From positions 138-64,137 of the forward strand of contig JACPYG010000004.1 of NCBI GenBank assembly GCA_016196125.1: a stretch of 64,000 bases of DNA, in the 5' to 3' direction. Below are positions 30,314 through 40,578 of the stretch, piece after piece. The DNA is from Candidatus Staskawiczbacteria bacterium (GTDB lineage Bacteria; Patescibacteriota; Minisyncoccia; Minisyncoccales; Staskawiczbacteraceae). The translations under genes were made by a program, and so were the position numbers. The notes under the pieces were generated by a model. The model worked only from the letters and a program-made list of their open reading frames with translations, ran no database searches and was not told where the DNA came from. The first letter of the stretch is position 1, and every line of letters begins with the position of its first letter.

Positions 30314-30706
30314 TTAAGATAAATACTCTTTTATAAGTTCCAATAACTGCGTTGGGCTTATGTTTGCCTTAATAATGAATTTATCCGGCTTTGCATTACC
30401 TAATTGTTGCATTTGCACATCTTGCTGATTTGTTAAAATAAAAACCTTAATATCTTTGGTTTTTTCATTTTCTTTTATTTGTTTGAAAATCTCTATTCCG
30501 CTGATGTCCGGCAGTATTAAATCTAAAAGCACAATATCTGGCTTTGATTCCGTGTCATCTTCTATATTTTTTATCATGCTCATAACTTCTTGGCCCGAAC
30601 CAAAAACTTTAACATCAAAATTGGCTTTTTTCATTAATGTTTCGTAAATATCAACAATCGCAGGATCGTCCTCCACAAGAATTATTTTTTTTACTTTATT
30701 TGCCAT
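30314..30706 (-). CDS. Single-domain response regulator
   Basis: LVEDD, LLDLILPDISG, ILTN, IIK. Confidence 0.93.
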   Translation of the reverse strand: MANKVKKIILVEDDPAIVDIYETLMKKANFDVKVFGSGQEVMSMIKNIEDDTESKPDIVLLDLILPDISGIEIFKQIKENEKTKDIKVFILTNQQDVQMQQLGNAKPDKFIIKANISPTQLLELIKEYLS

Positions 30707-30744
30707 ATGGTTTTAGGATACCTTTATTCTAACCCATTTCAATC

Positions 30745-31065
30745 TTACTTGAAAGGATCTGTATAATTTTTATCCAAAGATAATAAATTTTTAAAAATAT
30801 TCTCTCTGTTTTGCCACTCTTCTGCAACCGACCTGTATATGTTTTCTTGAAATTTACTATAAACAGAAGAAATTTCCGGTTCCTGCGCGTCTATTAGCAA
30901 TACATACTTATAAAACAGGAGTCCGCCAATTAATATATCTATTAAAATAAAAACTAAAATGCACAAAAACGCATTTTTTCCCAAAATCCATGGAATCTTT
31001 TTTATATATAAACCTGACGATTCTTTAAAATTATAAAAATGTTTTTTAAAAAATTTTTTCATCAA
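30745..31065 (-). CDS. Hypothetical single-TM protein at the end of the pilus operon
   Basis: One TM helix; position after the pilO-like gene. Confidence 0.65.
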   Translation of the reverse strand: MMKKFFKKHFYNFKESSGLYIKKIPWILGKNAFLCILVFILIDILIGGLLFYKYVLLIDAQEPEISSVYSKFQENIYRSVAEEWQNRENIFKNLLSLDKNYTDPFK

Positions 31066-31595
31066 TTATTTGGTAACAGCTTCTACTAAAAAATTAAAAT
31101 CAACTGTCGGCTCTTGCGGCGACTTTTTAATTGTTAAGTCCTTTATTCTCATCAAATACGGACTTGCGTCCAATTTTTCAGAAAATTTCAATATATTTAA
31201 AAACTGTCCGGTGCCGTAGATGCTGGATATGGCAACCGGCAAGTTGTTAAAACCTTCTTTCGATAAAGAAATATCCAATTTGACATCTGTGCCAATCCCC
31301 GAATCATTGGCGGTCTTTTCTAAAAATTCAATGAAGTTGACCGGATCTTTAGAATCAACAAATAATTGATCAACTTTTTCTAAATTATAACTATAATTAT
31401 TGTATTTTTTTTTGAAATTATTCAATTCCATATTTTGCTCATTAAGGGAAATTACCTTGCTCTTGCTCAAAAAGATTTCTTTGGAAATATTTTTAACATC
31501 TCTTAGAGCCGGATATATCAAAAACACAATTATAAACAAAGATATCAATGAAAAATGGCAATTATTATGTAAATTTTTGTTTTATTTTTCGTCAT
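31066..31595 (-). CDS. PilO-like pilus assembly protein, apparent 1-bp frameshift near the 5' end
   Basis: TM, coiled coil and ferredoxin-like tail; ATG at 31595 gives MTKNKTKIYIIIAIF and rejoins the ORF if one T is added at about 31551-31555. Confidence 0.7.
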
Positions 31596-32139
31596 ATAAA
31601 AATTCGAATGTTACATAAAAATTTATGTCTGCTGATTTTATCCAGCTATTGGGCGGAAAATAAACATCTTTTATTTTATTATTGCTTTCAATATTATCTT
31701 TAAAGATTAATAAATTATCCCTTGTGTCGCTTTGACCAGAAATATTGACTTTTATTTTATTATCTTTTTCATCAACATTTATGGAAACATCATTAAAAAA
31801 CAATCCATCCGGCCTTTGAATATCTAAAATAGTTTTTATCACATTGCTAAAATATACTTCTTTTTTGTAAAAAGTGTCAGCTTTGATTAACCCCTCGTTA
31901 TATTTTTTAACAATACTGCCATAGGATAAAAAGTCAGAAGTTTCATATTTTGCTTCGACGCTACCTAAAACACTTTTTTGATAGCTCATCTGCCCTAAAA
32001 TATAAAACTTTAATGAAAATAAAACCAAGGCCAAATAAACCAAAGGAATTATTATTATGTATCCTAAAATTATAGTCAGCTTTTTATTTCTTTCCAATGA
32101 CAATTTTTCTTTTTCTTTTGGCGGTAAAAGATTAATCAT
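31582..32139 (-). CDS. PilN-like pilus assembly protein
   Basis: MINLLP N-terminal motif, TM helix, follows pilM. Confidence 0.85.
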   Translation of the reverse strand: MINLLPPKEKEKLSLERNKKLTIILGYIIIIPLVYLALVLFSLKFYILGQMSYQKSVLGSVEAKYETSDFLSYGSIVKKYNEGLIKADTFYKKEVYFSNVIKTILDIQRPDGLFFNDVSINVDEKDNKIKVNISGQSDTRDNLLIFKDNIESNNKIKDVYFPPNSWIKSADINFYVTFEFLYDEK

Positions 32140-32140
32140 A

Positions 32141-33223
32141 TTAATTATCTATTTGCTCGCTAGCCCCGCGCAATGCCAATCCCAAAGCGGCGGTAAACGA
32201 AAGTATATTTTCGGGCGGAAAAAATTTCTTTTTCGGCTGGATAATATTGGAAAACGGATTTCCAAGTTCTACTTTAATTTTTAATTCTTCGGAAAGAAAA
32301 TCTGATATATTTTTTAAATTTGCCCCGCCGCCCGATAAAATAATTTTTTCTATTTTGCCGTCGTATGGAAAATATTCATGATTTGAATGTCCATGATAAA
32401 AATCTATATATTTTTTAATTTGGCTTGCCAAGTCAAGTAAAATCGGCTCTATGATTTTATCAATACTATGATGTTTTTTATCCAAACCATGTTTGACTTT
32501 TAATATTTCGGCATCATGCAAATTAATGCCTAAACTGTCAGAAATAGCATTTGTCAGCTGTTGGGAAGAAATGGGAATTGAACATGTAAAACGTATGGAG
32601 CCGTCGGAAAAAATAATAAAACCGGTGCTGTCGTACCCTAAATCAATAAGAATTACGGAAGAAGCAGTTTTTTCGTTTTTCAACAAAGCTCTGGCAATGG
32701 CCTGTGATTCTACTTCTAAAACGCAAGGTATGAGACCCGCATTCTTAAAAGACAAAACATAAGAATCAATTATGGATTTTGGCATTACGTTAACTAATAA
32801 ACCCAAGTGCTTTGAATCTTTTTTATGGGCGTCGATAATTTGAAAATCTAAGTATGACTTGTCGATAGCCAGAGGTATGTAGTTTTCCGCCTCAAAAGGC
32901 AAAGCTAATCTTAATTCTTCTTCCGTCATTTTTGGCATCTGGATTAATTGTGAAAAAGATTTTTCTTCCGGCAAAGAAACAATGACATATTTTGTGCCCA
33001 ATTTTTTGCCTTTGACCGTATTACAAGCCATTTTTATAATATTTGCCAAAGATTCTTTATCCTGTATTACCCCCTCTTTTATAACGCCCGGTTTTATCTT
33101 TGCCTCATTAAAAGAAACCAAACTAAAACCTTTTCGCTTTTTTATAAGTTTTATAATTTTTAAAGATGAATCATTGATATCAACTCCGAATATTTCCGGT
33201 TCTAAGTTTAAAAATTTTAGCAT
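32141..33223 (-). CDS. pilM: Type IV pilus assembly protein PilM
   Basis: FGVDI…SLK, actin-like LSGGGANL, ALGLALR. Confidence 0.92.
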   Translation of the reverse strand: MLKFLNLEPEIFGVDINDSSLKIIKLIKKRKGFSLVSFNEAKIKPGVIKEGVIQDKESLANIIKMACNTVKGKKLGTKYVIVSLPEEKSFSQLIQMPKMTEEELRLALPFEAENYIPLAIDKSYLDFQIIDAHKKDSKHLGLLVNVMPKSIIDSYVLSFKNAGLIPCVLEVESQAIARALLKNEKTASSVILIDLGYDSTGFIIFSDGSIRFTCSIPISSQQLTNAISDSLGINLHDAEILKVKHGLDKKHHSIDKIIEPILLDLASQIKKYIDFYHGHSNHEYFPYDGKIEKIILSGGGANLKNISDFLSEELKIKVELGNPFSNIIQPKKKFFPPENILSFTAALGLALRGASEQIDN

Positions 33224-33260
33224 TTTGTAATTATAACATTTTTAACAATAAATAATGCTA

Positions 33261-34508
33261 TTATTGTTCTCCCCAGCTTACCACTTTCCATCCGCCAGAC
33301 GGTCCGCTGGAAAAAAATGCGCTTGCCAATCCGCTTTCATAAGTAATTACTGCATTATTGTTCATTATTAATTTATATCCGGTCACCTCACGGGCGGCAA
33401 AAATATTGGAAACTGTAACACCTCCGGCGCTTGTGTAAAAAATTGCTCCAGTTGCGCTATTGCTTACAGTAATGGCAGAATTTGAAGCGTTGGTCGAAAG
33501 AACTAAAAGATAGCTTCCCGCCTGTCCAGACCCTTGCAAAGCGGAGGAATTGCTGGGAGTGATGGTCCCATCAGACAATATGACTCCGCTCAACGAACCA
33601 TAACCGCTGGCAAGTTTTATTTTGGCGCTGTTGCTTACGGTAATATTGCCTGTTACATAAACGGTTCCGGTCAAAGTGAGAATGGCGCTGTTGCTGACAG
33701 ATAAGTTTCCATTAATTTTTTTTGGGCCTAATGACATCGTTTGGGTACCAGAAAGGGTAACACTGCCGATGATTCCTCCGTCTTCTGCATCGTTTTTCCA
33801 GCCATCAATCTGGCTTTGGGAAATAGGCAAAGGTTGCGACGGTATCTCGGCGGATTGGATAGAAGTTGTGCCGCCAACCGTACAGGTATTAGTACCGCCT
33901 GTAACATAAGTTAAATTTCCGTCAATTGTGGAATTTATGCAGCTATATACAAGGGCATTTCCTTTTACATGCATACCGATAATGCTATGGCCATTGCCAG
34001 AAATTATGACATCATTGTCGATTGTTGCGCTGTTTGAGCCTGTAATATTTCCATTAGAAAAAACATTGCCTATTATTCTGCTGCTATTTGACATTTGCAG
34101 CCCTCCCTGCCCTACTTGGGCTCCGTAGAAAAAAGAAACTCCTTGGCCGTCTATGGCATAAACAACCTGTGTTGTTTTAACGACACCGGTATTATTTCCC
34201 TGCGAGCTGATAGACCTTGAACCGCCGATAGTCGCAGGTATGACCACATTGGCTGTAGAATTGTTGATATTTAAATTGTAAGAAATCGGTGACATTTGAG
34301 GATTATTGTTCAAGCGCAATAATGAATCCTCTATTCCCGATTCGGCGGTATAATAAGCCTGAGTTGATTTCACGGCATTAGCGGCGATTTTTTGCCTGTA
34401 AAAAATCAACGAACTCATAGAAATCGCAATGCTTAACATTATTAATAAAATAAAAAATACAATTAAGGTAACAATAAATCCTTTTTGCTTGTTATTTAAG
34501 TTCTTCAT
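33261..34508 (-). CDS. PilX-like minor pilin with a beta-helix-like C-terminus
   Basis: KGF plus hydrophobic helix; AYYTAESGIED; repeated VSNSA. Confidence 0.8.
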   Translation of the reverse strand: MKNLNNKQKGFIVTLIVFFILLIMLSIAISMSSLIFYRQKIAANAVKSTQAYYTAESGIEDSLLRLNNNPQMSPISYNLNINNSTANVVIPATIGGSRSISSQGNNTGVVKTTQVVYAIDGQGVSFFYGAQVGQGGLQMSNSSRIIGNVFSNGNITGSNSATIDNDVIISGNGHSIIGMHVKGNALVYSCINSTIDGNLTYVTGGTNTCTVGGTTSIQSAEIPSQPLPISQSQIDGWKNDAEDGGIIGSVTLSGTQTMSLGPKKINGNLSVSNSAILTLTGTVYVTGNITVSNSAKIKLASGYGSLSGVILSDGTITPSNSSALQGSGQAGSYLLVLSTNASNSAITVSNSATGAIFYTSAGGVTVSNIFAAREVTGYKLIMNNNAVITYESGLASAFFSSGPSGGWKVVSWGEQ

Positions 34509-34518
34509 ATAATTTTTA

Positions 34519-34589
34519 CCCCGTTAGAAGTCTTATTATATTTTCAACACGATAAATTTTTTCTTATTTTATACAGACTTCTAACGGGG
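34519..34589. mobile_element. Short TIR element, type A, at a stop codon
   Basis: CCCCGTTAGAAGTCT / AGACTTCTAACGGGG; flanks TTTA / TTAA. Confidence 0.8.
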
Positions 34590-35117
34590 TTAATAACTTC
34601 TTAAAGAAGCCGTTGAAGTTAAAGTTGTTGATGTATTTGAATGATTTACCGTCAAACTTATTTTAATAGAAGCCGTATCGCCATTTAAAATCTGTGAAAA
34701 TTGCAAATCAGCAACCTGCACTCCGTCTGAAGTTAAAGATACGGGACTTTGAGATTCTTTTTTTAAGCATATAGCCGAACCGCAAAGAAAAAAATCAATA
34801 AAAGTGTTATTTTCACCGTCTGGCAAATACCTCAATGTTTCCAATGAAAGCTGGTTTAACGTGGTCGTAGGGCTATAAACGCTTTTGGCGCCTCTTATTT
34901 CGTAAGTTATTATTTCCAAAGCTCTTCTTGCGTTTTCTCCGGATTCTCTGGCGGCCTTTGTCTTAGAATTAGAATTATTCATCCAAAACAAAGAAGAAAT
35001 AACAGCTAATGAAATAATAGAAAATACTGCAACAAAAACAACAACTTCCACAAGAGTGAGCCCCCCACTCTCTTTTATGTTATTTTGAATTTTTTTTTCG
35101 GAGATATAATAACCCAT
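34590..35117 (-). CDS. Prepilin-type minor pilin
   Basis: GLTLVEVVV cleavage/methylation motif. Confidence 0.85.
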   Translation of the reverse strand: MGYYISEKKIQNNIKESGGLTLVEVVVFVAVFSIISLAVISSLFWMNNSNSKTKAARESGENARRALEIITYEIRGAKSVYSPTTTLNQLSLETLRYLPDGENNTFIDFFLCGSAICLKKESQSPVSLTSDGVQVADLQFSQILNGDTASIKISLTVNHSNTSTTLTSTASLRSY

Positions 35118-35143
35118 GTTTATAATGTTTAGAAAGTGGGGGG
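35061..35143. mobile_element. Short TIR element, type B, at a prepilin cleavage site
   Basis: CCCCCCACTCTCT / AGAAAGTGGGGGG; flanks TGAG / TAAA; 83+4 = 87 bp. Confidence 0.75.
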
Positions 35144-35156
35144 TAAACCCCGCTTT

Positions 35157-35708
35157 TTATTCATGCCAATTAGTAAGATACATAATTACTTTAGATGTTT
35201 TATTTGGCCATGCAACGGTCACGGTAACTTTTATGGTATCTGGGTCATTATGTGATTGGTTGTAATTATCTTCTATATTATTTGTTGCAGGGTCTCTTGA
35301 AACATTATCAAAAACAATTTGTCTCGTAAAAATACCTGTTGTTTCTGTTCCTTGGGCTAAATTCCATTTATTAGGATTTGAACTTGTATCCAAAAAAATA
35401 TGATACGGATTATTGATTCCTTTATTGACCGTGCCCAAACCGTTTACAAACCAATCCGTGCCGTCGCGAAAACTTCTTAGTGATTCAATTTCTTCTTTTA
35501 TTAAAGAATCTGCCTGGTTTGTATTTGTTATTAAAGAAGAAATATTCAACGACATAGTTCCTATGGACACAATGGTAATAAAAACAATGCTGATAATTGC
35601 AATTGATATTAAAATATCCAAAAGAACAAACCCCCTTTTTTTATGGAATATGGAATATAGAAAATAGAAAATAGAATAACAACTGTGATTTTTTGTTATG
35701 TGTTTCAT
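35157..35708 (-). CDS. Prepilin-type minor pilin
   Basis: KRGFVLLDILISI; leader built from heptamer repeats. Confidence 0.8.
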   Translation of the reverse strand: MKHITKNHSCYSIFYFLYSIFHKKRGFVLLDILISIAIISIVFITIVSIGTMSLNISSLITNTNQADSLIKEEIESLRSFRDGTDWFVNGLGTVNKGINNPYHIFLDTSSNPNKWNLAQGTETTGIFTRQIVFDNVSRDPATNNIEDNYNQSHNDPDTIKVTVTVAWPNKTSKVIMYLTNWHE

Positions 35709-35726
35709 GTTATGTGTTATGTGATA

Positions 35727-36722
35727 TTATTGCCAGACAAAATTTGAAACATAAATAGACGAATTAGCAGTTGTCAGTCCGTCTGCTGAATATTGCGCAA
35801 GATACCCGGAACTGTCTGCAGAAATTGTAATTGTGAGGCTTTTGTCGTTAAATCTCCTGTCTCTGTGAATGCTAAATTGCGTGTCCGGGTTGTTTAATCT
35901 ATTGGTGTGAATTCTTATTGTTTGATTTGCGCCTCCAACATTGATGATTCCCGACCAATCAATCTGTCCCGCAAATAAACTTTGGCTTATTGGAATTGAT
36001 TGTATTGCCTGGCCGCTATTAAAATTCAATACTATATTTTCATTATTAACATCAATTAATCTGCTGTAATCAAATTGCAAGTGCCTTGAATCTTTGACTC
36101 TGTCATCGTCTGACAAAGCCGCAGGAACGTTAAAACTGATTGTGCCGGCATTTGATATATAGGCAGTTTTGATTTGGCTTGTATCTGACTTTAATCTTAA
36201 AGAAACACTGCCTGCCGCTTGGGTCGCGCCGGTCAGCTTATCAAAAACTATTTCATTTGGACCGCCCAGGTCAATCGCAAAAAACTCCACTTTTTCAGAT
36301 AAAAAATAAGTTTGGTCTGCCAAAATATCTCGCAAAGCATAATCAGACCCTTTAAATAATATGTATTTATTAGGTGAAACTGATTGGTCTAAATAAACTC
36401 CGTATTGGCTGTTGTTTTCAGAAGACAAAGTTCTGCTTTGGGCAAGCTTTAAAATATTTGTAAATTCTTGAATTCCATTGTCTAAATCAGATTTATTTTT
36501 AATGTAATAAAAAGAAACGATTGGCGCTGCAATCAAAACAGTTAAAATCAAAATAACAACAATTACTTCAATAAGGGTAAACCCCCCACCACTTTCACTT
36601 GATAATCGAAATTTGTTTTTTTGTTTATTTTCAATTTTAAAAATCATAAATAATTTAACAATTATAGCGTGAAAGTGGTGGGGGGTAAACCCATTATTCT
36701 TAAGAGAAGAAAAATTCATCAT
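35727..36722 (-). CDS. Prepilin-type (FimT/GspH-like) protein with an in-frame insertion in the leader
   Basis: GFTLIEVIVV; LKLAQSRTL. Confidence 0.85.
   Translation of the reverse strand: MMNFSSLKNNGFTPHHFHAIIVKLFMIFKIENKQKNKFRLSSESGGGFTLIEVIVVILILTVLIAAPIVSFYYIKNKSDLDNGIQEFTNILKLAQSRTLSSENNSQYGVYLDQSVSPNKYILFKGSDYALRDILADQTYFLSEKVEFFAIDLGGPNEIVFDKLTGATQAAGSVSLRLKSDTSQIKTAYISNAGTISFNVPAALSDDDRVKDSRHLQFDYSRLIDVNNENIVLNFNSGQAIQSIPISQSLFAGQIDWSGIINVGGANQTIRIHTNRLNNPDTQFSIHRDRRFNDKSLTITISADSSGYLAQYSADGLTTANSSIYVSNFVWQ
36582..36685. mobile_element. Short TIR element, type B, duplicating the prepilin GFT motif
   Basis: Perfect 17-bp CCCCCCACCACTTTCAC / GTGAAAGTGGTGGGGGG; TAAA direct repeats; 104+4 = 108 bp, in frame. 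Confidence 0.82.
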
Positions 36723-36726
36723 AAAA

Positions 36727-37932
36727 TTATTGAATTGAATTCAATGAAGAATATATTGGCACAATTACCGAAAAAGCAAAAAAACCAACCGCAAGACCCA
36801 GTAAAATTATCAAAGCCGGTTCTATTACAATAGATACTTTTTCAACGGCATCAATAGCCTCTTTCTCGTAAAAATCCGCTAATTTCTTCAAAATATCAGA
36901 TGTCTTTCCTGTTTCTTCGCCAACTTCAATCATTTCCATTACGCCAATAGGAAAAATATCCTGATGATATCTGAGTGAATTAGACAATTTTTCCCCTTTG
37001 GTAACTTTTTTTGAGGCCTCAATTACAGCTTTTCTAAAATAATAATTACCGACAGTTTCAGAAGTAATTTCCAGGGACCTTACGATTGAAACTCCAGATA
37101 TAAGAAGCGAACTTAACGAACGAATTAAAAATGCAGCATTATCTTTTTTAATAATCTGGGAAATAAAAGGCATTCTTATCAGAAAAGTATCCAATAACCA
37201 CTTTCCTTTTTTGGTTCTCAATGAAAGCCCTGCGATAATAATTAAAAGTAAAAATATCAAAGCCACTACATACCATTTTGTTGAAATAAAATCCCCGACA
37301 TCAAAGAAAATTTTTGTATATATGGGAATGTCAACATTCAAATCGGTAAAAAATGACTTTAAATCAGGCATAACGAAAACAATGACTATTACGGCAACAA
37401 TCAGCATAGTCGCCAAAACCACAGCCGGATAAATCATTGCATTATTTATTTTAGATTTTAATTCATGCTCTTTGCCAAGCTGTAAAGATAAAATCTGAAA
37501 AACTTCTTCCAAGGTTCCCGATTCTTCTCCGACTTTTACCATATTTTGAAAAAAATTAGAAAAAATATCGCCATGCGCGCTCATGGCAGAAGAAAGGTTT
37601 TCTCCCTTGCTAATTCTTTCTTTTATATCCAGCAGGGCGTTTTTTAACTTTTTATTTTTTGTTTGGGCGGACAAAATGCCAAAACTTTTCACCAAAGGAA
37701 GACCCGTGGAAAACATTACCCCCAAATTTCTTATCATTATTATTTTTTCAGTAAAAGAAACTTTGGAAAAGCTAAATCTGCGTTTAATTTTTTTACTTTC
37801 AGAATCCGTCCTAATCAAAACCATGCCTTGGCTTTTAAGTTTTTGGGCGAGTTGGCTTTCATTTTTTGCCTCCAAACTTCCCCTTTGGGTTTGGCCATCA
37901 AGAGATTTAGCTGTATAAAAATAAACTGGCAT
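36727..37932 (-). CDS. pilC: Type IV pilus / T2SS inner-membrane platform protein (PilC/GspF)
   Basis: VGEESGTL, AMIYP, VGEETG, IEPALI. Confidence 0.93.
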   Translation of the reverse strand: MPVYFYTAKSLDGQTQRGSLEAKNESQLAQKLKSQGMVLIRTDSESKKIKRRFSFSKVSFTEKIIMIRNLGVMFSTGLPLVKSFGILSAQTKNKKLKNALLDIKERISKGENLSSAMSAHGDIFSNFFQNMVKVGEESGTLEEVFQILSLQLGKEHELKSKINNAMIYPAVVLATMLIVAVIVIVFVMPDLKSFFTDLNVDIPIYTKIFFDVGDFISTKWYVVALIFLLLIIIAGLSLRTKKGKWLLDTFLIRMPFISQIIKKDNAAFLIRSLSSLLISGVSIVRSLEITSETVGNYYFRKAVIEASKKVTKGEKLSNSLRYHQDIFPIGVMEMIEVGEETGKTSDILKKLADFYEKEAIDAVEKVSIVIEPALIILLGLAVGFFAFSVIVPIYSSLNSIQ

Positions 37933-37973
37933 AACTTTAGAAAATAGAACTTAGAAAATAGAAAATAGAATAT

Positions 37974-38317
37974 CTATTTAATTAAGAAATTATTAAGGAT
38001 TTTCATTACTTCTAAAATATCATCTTCGATATTTTTAAAATCTATTAAAGGATATAAAATTTTGGCAATCTCTATTTGGCTTTCCAGTTCCGAACCGGAG
38101 CCAAAGGCAATAGCTAAAAATTGTTGTTTTTCCTTATTGTGAAATCTATGATAGCTTTCTGCGATATTAGAAGAAATTGAAATAACTGCGCGTCTCATTT
38201 GGCTCGTTAATCCATATAATTCTGAACGAGGAAAACCGTCAGTTATCTTGTAAATTTTTACCGCTAAATCTCTTGACTTCTGCAGACAATTAAATCTTTA
38301 AATGATTTTGTAGCCAT
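37974..38317 (-). pseudogene. Four-helix-bundle (23S rRNA IVS protein family) gene with a 1-bp deletion
   Basis: MATKSFKDLIV, then GTC TGC AGA where GTC TGG CAG (VWQ) is expected; downstream QMRRAVISISSNIAE…GSGSELESQ. Confidence 0.8.
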
Positions 38318-38354
38318 TTTTTAATTCTATTTTCTACTTTCTATTTTCTAGATT

Positions 38355-40151
38355 CTACTCTATGATAACCCTTAAAACTTCTTCTATTGAAGTTAATCCT
38401 TTCACGGCTTTAACAAAACCGTCTTCAATCATTGTTCTCATTCCGTCTTTTTTTGCCTGAATTGTAATTTCTCTTGTGGAAGTTTTTTGGACAATTAATT
38501 TTTTTATTTTTTCGTTCACTGTCAGAACCTCAACAATTCCAATTCTGCCTTTATAGCCGTCGGGCGAGTCTTTAGACGGTTTTGGCCTGTAAAGTATGAC
38601 ATCTTCTAATGTATCGCCGTTTTTTACTAATTTTTCTTCTTTTAATATCTGTAAAACTCTGTCTAAATCGCAATATCTTGCCAGATTTTTCAAATGTTCT
38701 GGCTTTAATTTATATTTTTCTTTATCGCCATGGAATTTTCTGACTAATCTTTGGGCTATAATCACATTTAAGGTAGACGAAATTAAAAAAGGTTCGGCTC
38801 CCATGTCAATCAATCTCGGTATCGCTCCTGCCGCCTCTGTGGTGTGGAGAGTTGATAAAACCAAATGCCCGGTTAAGGCGGCATTAATAGCCAATCCTGC
38901 CGTTTCGCTGTCTCTGATTTCTCCAACCATAATAATATTGGGGTCTTGCCTGACTAAAGCCCTTAAACCAGATGCAAAAGTCAGCCCTATTGCAGTATTA
39001 ACTTGAGTTTGATTGATTCTTGGCATCCTATATTCAATAGGGTCTTCTACGGTGGAAATATTAACATCAGGGGTATTAATAATATCCATCATTGCGTAAA
39101 GGGTGGTTGTTTTACCGGAACCAGTGGGTCCTGTAATCAATATCATTCCTGTTGGCCTAATCAGGTTATTGCGTATTTGTTCAAGGGCCGCTCCTGTAAA
39201 ACCTAATTTTTCTAAATTTTGGACTATTGCATTTTCGGCTAACAGCCTCATTACAACTTTTTCACCGTTAAAAACAGGCAGAACAGACACCCTTACGGAA
39301 TATTTATAGTCATCTGTTTCAATTTTAAACCTGCCGTCTTGGGGCAGCCTGTGTTCGTCAAGTTTTAAATTTGAGAGAACTTTAATTCTGGCAACGATTA
39401 TATAAGAGCTTGTTATCGGCAAAGCCATAACTTTACGGAGCATGCCGTCAATCCTAAAACGCACTGAAATTTCTTTTTCCAATGGTTCAATATGAATATC
39501 AGATGCTCCCTGTAAAATTGCATGTTTTAACAAAGCATCAACAATCCTTATAATCGGCAGTTCTTGAGTGGCCTTCATTAAATCCCCACTTTTCCCGACA
39601 TCAATTTTTTCCTGCCTGCCGGCTCCTGCCTGCCGGTAGGCATGGGGCAGGCTCCCTCCAATATAATCAATCAACTTTGGGTCTGCTTCCATAATATCCA
39701 TAAATTCCACATCCAATGGCTTTTGATATTGGTTCAAAACGCTTTTTATTCCTTCCGGAGTGGTAAGCCTCGGCAAAATTTTTAAAAGCGGGTCTGTTTT
39801 TTTAATAAACTCAACAGTTATTAAATCTTCCGGGTCGAGCATGGCAACTTCAAGATTATTGCCCAGTTTTCTGAAAGCAATTATATTATGGACTCTTGCA
39901 ATTTGCTCTGGAATAATATTCAGTATTTCTGGCGGAATGGTTTCTTTTCCCACATCCACAAAAGGAATACCCAAAAGATATGCCTGGAATTTTGTCAGTT
40001 TTTCCTGGCCAATAAGCTTCTCTGAAACCAAAACTTCTCCAATATTTTTATTGAGTTTCTTTGCTTTATCTAACGCTTTGTTAAAATTTTCTTCCGTTAT
40101 CAGCTCCGCATCCAAAAGAAATTTTTTAAGCCGCTGTGGTTCAACATCCAT
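38355..40151 (-). CDS. pilB: Type IV pilus assembly ATPase (PilB/GspE)
   Basis: ASDIHIEP, PQDGR, GPTGSGKTT, TVEDPIEY, RQDPNIIMVGEIRD, LSTLHT. Confidence 0.95.
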   Translation of the reverse strand: MDVEPQRLKKFLLDAELITEENFNKALDKAKKLNKNIGEVLVSEKLIGQEKLTKFQAYLLGIPFVDVGKETIPPEILNIIPEQIARVHNIIAFRKLGNNLEVAMLDPEDLITVEFIKKTDPLLKILPRLTTPEGIKSVLNQYQKPLDVEFMDIMEADPKLIDYIGGSLPHAYRQAGAGRQEKIDVGKSGDLMKATQELPIIRIVDALLKHAILQGASDIHIEPLEKEISVRFRIDGMLRKVMALPITSSYIIVARIKVLSNLKLDEHRLPQDGRFKIETDDYKYSVRVSVLPVFNGEKVVMRLLAENAIVQNLEKLGFTGAALEQIRNNLIRPTGMILITGPTGSGKTTTLYAMMDIINTPDVNISTVEDPIEYRMPRINQTQVNTAIGLTFASGLRALVRQDPNIIMVGEIRDSETAGLAINAALTGHLVLSTLHTTEAAGAIPRLIDMGAEPFLISSTLNVIIAQRLVRKFHGDKEKYKLKPEHLKNLARYCDLDRVLQILKEEKLVKNGDTLEDVILYRPKPSKDSPDGYKGRIGIVEVLTVNEKIKKLIVQKTSTREITIQAKKDGMRTMIEDGFVKAVKGLTSIEEVLRVIIE

Positions 40152-40206
40152 AGTAATAATTTAAAATTCAAATTTTAAATTTCAAAATGCAATGTAAAGT
40201 ATAAAA

Positions 40207-40578
40207 TTATTTCTTACCTTTCATTGTTAAAACACCTGCTCCTATAATCCTTGCTATTTCGTCTGCCTCCTTAAGGAGTTTTTCAGAATTATATTTTAAA
40301 TTGGGGCAACTCTCAATAACCAAAACCAACCAATATTTAGTTTCATTAGCGCTTTTAAGAGTAATTTGAAAAAACTTTAAATAATCTAATTTAGAACTCG
40401 AGGCTTTTGCTTCAGTTATGTTTGCTCCTATGGAATTTGCGGAACGAATTAACTGGTCAGCTATAGCCCATAAATTTCTATCTTTTCTAATTTCATTGCA
40501 TAATTTAATTATTTCTAAAGAAAAGTTAATCAATCTTCTATTGAATTCCATTTTGAATTTTGAACTTTCATTTTGCAT
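40207..40578 (-). CDS. Four-helix-bundle protein (23S rRNA IVS protein family)
   Basis: QLIRSANSIGANITEA, KSANETKYWL. Confidence 0.9.
   Translation of the reverse strand: MQNESSKFKMEFNRRLINFSLEIIKLCNEIRKDRNLWAIADQLIRSANSIGANITEAKASSSKLDYLKFFQITLKSANETKYWLVLVIESCPNLKYNSEKLLKEADEIARIIGAGVLTMKGKK

Noticed and set aside
3336..34589. GTTAGA…TCTAAC motifs as integron attC sites
   Set aside because: The core order is the reverse of an attC (RYYYAAC…GTTRRRY); they sit at core genes, and there is no integrase or cassette array.
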